From a virus, in the IMG/VR virus record IMGVR_UViG_3300045988_126262: a stretch of 64,000 nucleotides of DNA, one strand, 5' to 3'. Under the pieces are notes generated by a model, which searched no databases, was not told the origin of the DNA, and worked only from the letters and a program-made list of their open reading frames with translations. Shown here in pieces: positions 44,376 to 52,068 of the stretch (its first letter is position 1; each line of letters begins with the position of its first letter). The position numbers were made by a program, and so were the translations under genes.

Positions 44376-44446
44376 GCGTATCTGGTGTAACGGTAGCACA
44401 TATACACTCCATGTATAAAGTTGTGGTTCGACCCCACAGTTACGCT
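44376..44446 (+). tRNA. tRNA-like gene with UCC anticodon and C33
   Basis: Acceptor GCGTATC/GTTACGC (one U-U mismatch), D-arm GTGT-AACGGTA-GCAC, anticodon arm TATAC-ACTCCAT-GTATA, T-arm TGTGG-TTCGACC-CCACA. Preceded by the hairpin ACGTGGG/CCCACGT (44347-44369). Confidence 0.55.
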
Positions 44447-44464
44447 CAGTATAATTTATTTTGC

Positions 44465-45181
44465 ATGGACAAAGAAGGGAAAATAATAGAAATGGATATT
44501 ACAGATACTATCATGGAAAGACCTTATGAGTTCCATATAGGAGAAATGCAATTCTACTTATACCCTGCCACATTGGGTAAAATATACCTTTTATCACGTC
44601 TTACCGAAAATTTAGAAATAAATAAAGACTTCCTTTCTCTAAATCCATATATGGAAGCATTACGATTATGCAATTCCAAAAGAGATATTATATGCAAAAT
44701 ATTGTCTTACCATACATTCGATAAAAAGGAAGAATTATTCAATAGCCACCTAATAAATGAAAGACGAAAGCTATTTGAAGACAACCTCTCGAATGAAGAA
44801 CTTGCTCAACTATTCATAATAGTGTTATCAAAGGATAACATTGAGCAGTTTATTAAACACTTCAAGATTGATATTGAGAAAAAAGAACAAGAAAAAATAT
44901 CAAGAATCAAGAAAAAGAAGTGTAACACTATAACCTTTGGAGGTAAAAGTATTTATGGTACTTTGATAGATATAGCCTGCGAACGCTATGGCTGGACTAT
45001 GGACTATGTTGTATGGGGTATTAGTTATGCCAACCTGCATATGTTACTTAATGATTACATAACATCTATATACCTTACTGACGACGAGATAAAAAAATAT
45101 CATATATCTACGGACCGAACATTTATAAACGGGGACGATCCTAAAAATATGGATAAAATAAAAGGCATGAAGTGGGACTAA
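44465..45181 (+). CDS. Tail assembly chaperone-like protein (by position)
   Basis: The first plausible ATG after the tRNA-like gene gives MDKEGKIIEMD; the track ORF 44369 reads through the tRNA-like sequence. Confidence 0.5.
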   Translation: MDKEGKIIEMDITDTIMERPYEFHIGEMQFYLYPATLGKIYLLSRLTENLEINKDFLSLNPYMEALRLCNSKRDIICKILSYHTFDKKEELFNSHLINERRKLFEDNLSNEELAQLFIIVLSKDNIEQFIKHFKIDIEKKEQEKISRIKKKKCNTITFGGKSIYGTLIDIACERYGWTMDYVVWGISYANLHMLLNDYITSIYLTDDEIKKYHISTDRTFINGDDPKNMDKIKGMKWD

Positions 45182-45286
45182 AAATAATATTAATCCCCTT
45201 ATCCATATCCAACGTTATTAAGCATTCTGCTATAAATTTATTTTAATGCATCCTATTAATAATGTTCCACAATGTACACTGTTTTC

Positions 45287-45982
45287 TTATAAAGGGATAG
45301 TATCAATATGAATGATTTCACCATTTGTACCAATATCTATCGTCCAACATATCACGTCATTATAATTAGTCCATGCCCCAATAGATGGCACTTGAATTGT
45401 GGCATTTTCAAGTATTTGATAATAAACCTTTTCTCCAATATATATATAAAAGAAATTCAGAGGATATTGTTTTGCGCTTCCTTTTGTAGCAGATTTTATT
45501 CCAGAATTATATGTATTAAATGACATTGTAATATTACCAAAATATGGAGCATTAAATGTATATGATTTTCCGCTCAAAGTATTGTTTTTAGTAGATGGAG
45601 TCTTTTTGACTTTTGTAAACGATATACTTTTTGTTTTTTTATTTCCATATAAATCTTTATAGTCGATATTCACTTTAAGCAAATCATCTGATACTTCTTC
45701 AACTGTATAAATTGTTGTCCTATTAAAATAGGAATTTTGACATGATACTATATTTTTGGATTGAGTATAATCACCGCTATCTATAAACTCATCTGCAATA
45801 TATGCCGAATAGAATCCATCATTTCCAAATGACACTACATAATTTTCACTTTCCCAAACACCTATAATTAGTGATTTCGTATCATCACTCGTCGATCCGG
45901 GTTCTCCGTCCTCCGTTCGTGCACATGATTGTAAAATAATAATTGATAATAGAATCAATATATATAAAAATAATTTCTTCAT
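45287..45982 (-). CDS. Lipoprotein (231 aa), moron on the opposite strand
   Basis: Signal peptide with lipobox MKKLFLYILILLSIIILQSC, followed by an acidic stretch (ARTEDGEPGSTSDD). Confidence 0.75.
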   Translation of the reverse strand: MKKLFLYILILLSIIILQSCARTEDGEPGSTSDDTKSLIIGVWESENYVVSFGNDGFYSAYIADEFIDSGDYTQSKNIVSCQNSYFNRTTIYTVEEVSDDLLKVNIDYKDLYGNKKTKSISFTKVKKTPSTKNNTLSGKSYTFNAPYFGNITMSFNTYNSGIKSATKGSAKQYPLNFFYIYIGEKVYYQILENATIQVPSIGAWTNYNDVICWTIDIGTNGEIIHIDTIPL

Positions 45983-45994
45983 ATCTTTATTTTT

Positions 45995-47125
45995 TTATTT
46001 ATCAGCACATTTTTTCGCCAAATCAAGACCCTCTTTAAGACCATCGGCATAATTAAAAATATCATCGATAGTCTCAATGTCAATCCATTCATTCGTCTTG
46101 TAGTTATCCTTTGGCAAGCATATTTTTTTACTCCGTTTCCCTATATAAATGCGGCAAATCCACCACCATGTACTACCATCTATGTTCACTGAAAAATAAG
46201 TCTTGTAGTCGTTATATTGAATACGAGATACATCTACATACTGCCTCAATATACTGCGCACAATGTTATAGGCATCTATCTCCTCTTGTGTAGTAACTAT
46301 ACCTTTTTCTCGGTCTTGAAATACTACACCATCGGGAAGTTTTTCTTCATTCATTTCGTTTGGTTGTTGATTTTCATTCTCAACCTCCTGTGGTATCTGT
46401 TTTTCCTCCTTATTCTCATTCTTCATAGCCACATTCAAACGGTCGGATATAATATCGTTAATCACCGAAGCAATGGATTTCTTAACAATAGGTCTATATT
46501 GGTCCACAAGTTTTGCCGTATATTTCCCATCATTAAGATTACGGACAAAATAACGTGTAAATTCATCGTCTGGCATTTGGAAATTACGATTAAGCATTTC
46601 TTTTACTTGTATCGTGATTTGTAACTCTTGTGCCGTACTCAATATATCTTGCTCATTATAATAAGACTTATGAAACTTTTTCAGTTGCTCAATATCGTTG
46701 TCCGATAAATCGAGCATATTTACCACAAGGAACGGCTTTTCGTCCATTATGTTCACCTTTTCTAAATCTGTATAAAAGCGATATTCTATTCCATTCGTCA
46801 AGACCCCAAACCTAGCCTTTGATGCGACAAAATATCTTTGTAACTGAGTGTCATGTAAATTCAAGTTTTGTTTACAATGCTTGCATTCTATAAGTAGTAT
46901 AGGATTTTCGTCCTTCATTATGGCATAGTCTATTTTTTCGCCTTTTCTCTTAACTAAGTCACAATCCATTTCCGGTACAACCTCAAAGGGATTGAATACA
47001 TCATACCCCAATGCTGCTATCACAGGCATTACAAAAGAGGTTTTTGTCGCTTCTTCCGTTGCTATGCTATCCTTCTGTTTAGCAATTTTCTCTACAATCT
47101 GTTGAATTGTATCTTTGAAATCCAT
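45995..47125 (-). CDS. HsdR_N-like PD-(D/E)xK nuclease-domain protein (376 aa)
   Basis: EEATKTSFVMPVIAALGYDVF..KIDYAIMKDENPILLIECKH..RFGVLTNGIEYRFY matches the type I restriction enzyme R N-terminal domain pattern. Own TACTTTTG -7 box on the minus strand (47152-47159). Confidence 0.7.
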   Translation of the reverse strand: MDFKDTIQQIVEKIAKQKDSIATEEATKTSFVMPVIAALGYDVFNPFEVVPEMDCDLVKRKGEKIDYAIMKDENPILLIECKHCKQNLNLHDTQLQRYFVASKARFGVLTNGIEYRFYTDLEKVNIMDEKPFLVVNMLDLSDNDIEQLKKFHKSYYNEQDILSTAQELQITIQVKEMLNRNFQMPDDEFTRYFVRNLNDGKYTAKLVDQYRPIVKKSIASVINDIISDRLNVAMKNENKEEKQIPQEVENENQQPNEMNEEKLPDGVVFQDREKGIVTTQEEIDAYNIVRSILRQYVDVSRIQYNDYKTYFSVNIDGSTWWWICRIYIGKRSKKICLPKDNYKTNEWIDIETIDDIFNYADGLKEGLDLAKKCADK

Positions 47126-47234
47126 ATCTTATGCTGTTAAGATTGTTTCGTCAAAAGTATAATACAATAATCATTTATTAAAATATTTATACTCACACAT
47201 TAGTTAAACTTTATTAACTCTATTCTATTTTATC

Positions 47235-47270
47235 AAAAGTATATGAATTTCATACACTTTTGTATATTTG
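47235..47270 (+). promoter_or_regulatory. Late-type promoter P5: palindrome + -7 box
   Basis: AAAAGTATATGAATTTCATACACTTTT (47235-47261), then TATATTTG (47263-47270). Confidence 0.6.
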
Positions 47271-47315
47271 CAAATGATGTGATGTTACATCTACCCCTTT
47301 TAATCGAAAAGACTC

Positions 47316-50300
47316 ATGGCCGGACTTCATTTTGATATAACAGGCGACAATTCTAATTTTCTTCGTAAACTACGAGAAGTAGAAACCGGAGTAACCAATA
47401 CTTCTAAGGAAATAGAAAAAAATGGATTGGGCATAGAAGATATGTTCAACAAAATGACGAAAGCAGCTGCAGCTTTTGGGGCTGGCTTTACAGCAAAAGA
47501 ACTTATCCAAAATATTATACAAGTAAGAGGTGAATTTCAACAATTAGAGGTCGCCTTTACCACTATGCTTGGAAGTAGTGAAAAGGCAAACGTCCTTATG
47601 GCTCAGCTCACAGAAACAGCCGCCAAAACTCCATTCGATCTACAAGGTGTTGCCAATGGAGCTCGTCAATTACTGGCTTACGGTACTTCTGCTGAAGATG
47701 TTAACGAGACTCTTATACGATTAGGGAACATTGCAGCCGGACTTTCACAACCTTTGGGAGACTTAGTATATCTCTATGGTACAACTATGACACAAGGTCG
47801 ACTTTATACACAGGACCTAAACCAATTCACTGGACGAGGTATTCCAATGATAAAAGAACTTGCCAAAGAATTTGGAGTAGCTGAAAGTGAAATCAAAGGA
47901 ATGGTAGAAGCTGGTATGATAGGGTTTCCAGAGGTTCAGAAAGTCATACAGAACCTTACCAACGAGGGTGGTATGTTCTTTAACTTAATGCAAGAACAAA
48001 GCAAAACCATTACCGGACAGATTTCTAACATAGGAGATAGTTTCTCGATGATGTTGAACGACATCGGCAAAGCGAATGAAGGTATTATCAATGATGCATT
48101 ATCCGGAGTCTCTTATTTGATAGGAAACTATGAAACTGTCGGAAAAACCTTGCTTGAAATCGTCGGAACATACGGAGCGTATAAAGCTGCATTGATTACT
48201 ATAACAGCTTTACAAAAAGTATATTCCGCCGTATTAGCTCAGTCCGCATTAAATCAAAGTCTTGCAGCAGCTTCAGGAATAACATTATCAAATGCAGAAG
48301 CTTTGGCTGCTACTCGCACGAAATTATTGCAAGTTGCGCAAGCTGCACTGAACAAGACTTTACTTGCCAACCCATATGTCTCAGTAGCAGCGGCAGTAGC
48401 AGCACTAGGTTTAGGCATTTATAAATTAGTCACTTATCAAACAGAAGCGGAAAAGGCACAGGAAAGGCTGAATGCTGCGGAAAAGGAATCTGAGAAAGCA
48501 GCCTTATCTGAGCAAAGGGAACTTGCTAAGCTCAATGGAGAATTGTCTTCATTAAAAGAAGGTACAGATGAATATAATACCGTCAAAGAAAAAATTGTTG
48601 CAGGATATAGCAAGTATTATGAAGGTCTAGAAGAAGAAATAAATAAGGTTGGACTCACAGAAGAAGCTTATGAAAAACTCACAAAAGCAATCACAGATTC
48701 TTACGGGGCAAGACAATACCAGCATTTCAAGTCGCAGCAGGAAGATTGGTTGGACAACATAATGTCCGATAATCTCGGAAAGATACAAGACCGCCTATAT
48801 AGCGAGTTAGGAGATAAAGAAGGTGCAAAACTCTATTCACAAATCTACCATGCCATATTGGAACGAAGAGATTTGGATGCTGCGATCCAAGACAAACTAA
48901 ATGAAATACAAGGCAAAGGTACGATTTTTGCGGATTCACGTATTGATACATATATCTCCAATATCCGAGAAGCGCAAAAAATAACAGAGGATTTAGATGA
49001 AAAAGCGCGTGAAAAGTTTGGCGTTACAAGTATAAATACCTCTCAACAGGCAGCAAATGAGCCATTTTCCACCGAAGGTAAATCCATCTCCCAACTTGAA
49101 GAAGAAATCAAGAAGGCTGAAACCTCACTTGCCTCATTAAAAAAGGCCCTTGCAGACGGCAGCGGCACGAAAGAAGCAGTGGAGCAACAAGAGGCTTATA
49201 TCAAGTCGCTTCAAGACACTGTACTTGAACGTGAGAAAGATTTGAGGGTAATCAATGAAGTCAAAACACAAATCTCAAAATTAGAGAAAGAGCAGGGAGA
49301 AACTGTAAGCGGAAGCAAGGAATACAATGCGTTACAATCACGAATTGACGCACTCCGTGCAAAGCTGCCTAAAACAGCCACTGGATTGACTGACATAAAT
49401 GCCTATACCGACCAGCTGAACAGGATTAAAGAACTCCGTAAAAAAAATGCAAGTGAACGAATACGACTTGATACGGATTTGGAGAACCAAGTAGAACAGG
49501 CTCGGATAAATGCGATGGAGGACGGCATAGACAAAGAAATGGCGCAACGTGAACTGAACAACAAAATAGAATTACAAGACATCGAAAGACAGAAGCAGGA
49601 ATATATCCGTAAAATTACGGAGGCGCAAAGACAAATATTTGAAGCAGAGGAGAACGCCAAAGCCGCCAAAGATAAGAACTACAAGAAAAAGGCGTTTGAC
49701 CCTTCCTCTGTCTCTGTTGATACATCGATGTTTGACAACATGTCAGAATACACCAAACAGAAGCAGGCCAACGAAACGGCAAATTATTATAACAATATTC
49801 TCGCCAAGTATCAAGACTATACAACAAAGCGTTTAAGCGTTACAAAGAAATACCAGAATGATTTAGCAAATCTGGAAAAAGCGGGAGGTACGGAGGAGCA
49901 AAAGGCTGAATTGTCCTATCAGCTAACGGAAGCATTAAACGCTATCGATAAAGAATTTGCCATGCGTGAAGTTTCTTTTCAGACGTGGGCAAATAGTATA
50001 ACAAATATGAGTTTGGACGAACTGGAACGGTTGCTTACCGAAGCGGAACAGGAATTAGCACGCATGGAAAATGAAGGAGGGACAAACGGAAACGAACTTG
50101 CAGTGCAGCGTGCAAAGGTAACGGCAACGAAAGACCGAATCGCCAATATAAAAAGTAAAGAAAGCACATCGCCGGATAAACGAAGTATTAAAGAGTGGCA
50201 GGAGTTGTATAAAACTTTATCTAAGGTAGAAAGAGAGTTTGAAGAACTTGGAGATACAATAGGGGGCACGGTCGGTGAAATTATATCCGCAGCCGGAAGT

Positions 50301-51599
50301 ATCTCCTCTTCTACGTTACAAATGATTGATGGTATTGTAACACTTGCAAATAGTTCTTCTACTGCCATGTCAGGAACGGCCGAAGCTGCATCTACGGCAA
50401 TTCAGAATGTAGAAAAAGCCTCCGTAATACTGTCGATTGTAGGTGCAGCCTTGCAAGTAGCAACAAAAATAGTAAGCTTATTTAGACAAGAGTCGTCGTA
50501 TGAAAAGTACGAAGAAGCAAAGGAGGTGTACGAGTCATATATAGATATATTGGATCAGATAATCGAGAAACAATTGGAATTGGCCGATTCGCTGGCGGGA
50601 GAAAACGCACAGGCTGCCTATGACAAAGCGATAGAATTATACAAGAAACAGGCAGATTCGGCACGGGTATTAGGAGCACAATATTACAAATCTAGGGAAT
50701 CCGGGGAAAAATCGAAAGGGTATCAAGATTTTTACGGTATGTCCGCCGCCGGTTGGCAGCAAGCCGCATCCGCACTAGGTATATCTGCGCAAGAATTGGC
50801 TATGATGATGTCAAAAAACATGACTAACTTATTTAACCTTCCCGTTGAGCAATTAGAAAAACTAATGTCGGAAGCTCCTCTATTTATATCACAGCTGGAT
50901 AGTGAAGCGCAAGAATACATAAAGCAGATTATCGAAGCGGAGAATAATATTAAATCGACGGCAGAGCGAGAGATGGAGAACGCCACAGGCATATCTTTTG
51001 AATCTTTCTCCGATGACATATTAGAGTCCTTGTATGATGTGGAGAAAGGAGCGGAGGACATTGCGGACGACATCGCAGACTATATGAGAAAAGCTCTCAT
51101 TAAAGCCATGTATGTAAAGCAATATGAACCGGAAATGCGCAAATGGTATGAGATGTGGGCGGAGGCGACAAAAGACGGAGAAATCGACACGGAAGAACAG
51201 ACCGCACTGGATAACCTAAAAAATTCAATTATTCAAGGAGCCGAAGCGGGAGCCGCCGCTATCAATGCACAATTTGGAACAGGTTCTACCACCGAACAAA
51301 AGTCGACAGCCGGAGGTTCTGAAACCATGTCACAAGATACAGCAACGGAATTAAACGGCCGGTTTACAGCGTTGCAGCTTTCTGGTGAAGAAATCAAAAA
51401 TCAAATGATTTCAGCCGTAATCTCTCTAAATTCTCTTTTATCTTTATCAACTAATAGCAATTCTATATTAAATAACATTCTTAATCAACACGTGATTACT
51501 AACAGCTACTTAGAAGACATTGCAAAATACACGAAGCCAATTCTTGAATTTGGCGATAAATTTGATAGAATGATTTCAATTTTTAACAATAAACTATAA
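47316..51599 (+). CDS. Tail tape measure protein (TP901-family core)
   Basis: 1427 aa, long coiled coils; N-terminal core ..FDLQGVANGARQLLAYGTSAEDVNETLIRLGNIAAG..DLNQFTGRGIP.. Confidence 0.9.
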   Translation: MAGLHFDITGDNSNFLRKLREVETGVTNTSKEIEKNGLGIEDMFNKMTKAAAAFGAGFTAKELIQNIIQVRGEFQQLEVAFTTMLGSSEKANVLMAQLTETAAKTPFDLQGVANGARQLLAYGTSAEDVNETLIRLGNIAAGLSQPLGDLVYLYGTTMTQGRLYTQDLNQFTGRGIPMIKELAKEFGVAESEIKGMVEAGMIGFPEVQKVIQNLTNEGGMFFNLMQEQSKTITGQISNIGDSFSMMLNDIGKANEGIINDALSGVSYLIGNYETVGKTLLEIVGTYGAYKAALITITALQKVYSAVLAQSALNQSLAAASGITLSNAEALAATRTKLLQVAQAALNKTLLANPYVSVAAAVAALGLGIYKLVTYQTEAEKAQERLNAAEKESEKAALSEQRELAKLNGELSSLKEGTDEYNTVKEKIVAGYSKYYEGLEEEINKVGLTEEAYEKLTKAITDSYGARQYQHFKSQQEDWLDNIMSDNLGKIQDRLYSELGDKEGAKLYSQIYHAILERRDLDAAIQDKLNEIQGKGTIFADSRIDTYISNIREAQKITEDLDEKAREKFGVTSINTSQQAANEPFSTEGKSISQLEEEIKKAETSLASLKKALADGSGTKEAVEQQEAYIKSLQDTVLEREKDLRVINEVKTQISKLEKEQGETVSGSKEYNALQSRIDALRAKLPKTATGLTDINAYTDQLNRIKELRKKNASERIRLDTDLENQVEQARINAMEDGIDKEMAQRELNNKIELQDIERQKQEYIRKITEAQRQIFEAEENAKAAKDKNYKKKAFDPSSVSVDTSMFDNMSEYTKQKQANETANYYNNILAKYQDYTTKRLSVTKKYQNDLANLEKAGGTEEQKAELSYQLTEALNAIDKEFAMREVSFQTWANSITNMSLDELERLLTEAEQELARMENEGGTNGNELAVQRAKVTATKDRIANIKSKESTSPDKRSIKEWQELYKTLSKVEREFEELGDTIGGTVGEIISAAGSISSSTLQMIDGIVTLANSSSTAMSGTAEAASTAIQNVEKASVILSIVGAALQVATKIVSLFRQESSYEKYEEAKEVYESYIDILDQIIEKQLELADSLAGENAQAAYDKAIELYKKQADSARVLGAQYYKSRESGEKSKGYQDFYGMSAAGWQQAASALGISAQELAMMMSKNMTNLFNLPVEQLEKLMSEAPLFISQLDSEAQEYIKQIIEAENNIKSTAEREMENATGISFESFSDDILESLYDVEKGAEDIADDIADYMRKALIKAMYVKQYEPEMRKWYEMWAEATKDGEIDTEEQTALDNLKNSIIQGAEAGAAAINAQFGTGSTTEQKSTAGGSETMSQDTATELNGRFTALQLSGEEIKNQMISAVISLNSLLSLSTNSNSILNNILNQHVITNSYLEDIAKYTKPILEFGDKFDRMISIFNNKL

Positions 51600-51600
51600 A

Positions 51601-52020
51601 ATGGCATCGGGAGAGTTTTACATAAATGGGAAAGACTGCTATACAACTTGGGGTATAAGTATGGATACATCATCTCTTTCCTTCTTAATGACACCGTCAC
51701 CTTTAAAAGAGTTCATCGAAAACAAGTCTCGATTAGAACATGGCAAACGAGTCCTGTCCTCTAATCCTAAAATCGATGAACGAAATATCACTTTAACTTT
51801 TAACCTGACGGCAAAAACGGAAGAAGAATTCTTTTCAAGATACAACAGCTTTTGTGAAGAATTGGCAACAGGCATAATAAATATAAAAACAAAGTATCAA
51901 CCAAATATTACTTACAAAACAATCTATATTTCATGCAATCAATTTACGCAATTCATGAGAGGAATAGCACGATTTTCTCTAAAACTTGTCGAATATAATC
52001 CAGCAGATAGAAATTCATAA
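51601..52020 (+). CDS. Distal tail-like protein (139 aa)
   Basis: Starts 2 nt after the tape measure stop. Confidence 0.5.
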   Translation: MASGEFYINGKDCYTTWGISMDTSSLSFLMTPSPLKEFIENKSRLEHGKRVLSSNPKIDERNITLTFNLTAKTEEEFFSRYNSFCEELATGIINIKTKYQPNITYKTIYISCNQFTQFMRGIARFSLKLVEYNPADRNS

Positions 52021-52057
52021 AAAAGTGCATGTTTTTCATACACTTTTATTATCTTTG
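52021..52057 (+). promoter_or_regulatory. Late-type promoter P6: palindrome + -7 box
   Basis: AAAAGTGCATGTTTTTCATACACTTTT (52021-52047), then TATCTTTG (52050-52057); the ATG lies 12 nt downstream. Confidence 0.6.
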
Positions 52058-52068
52058 ACTGAAATCGT

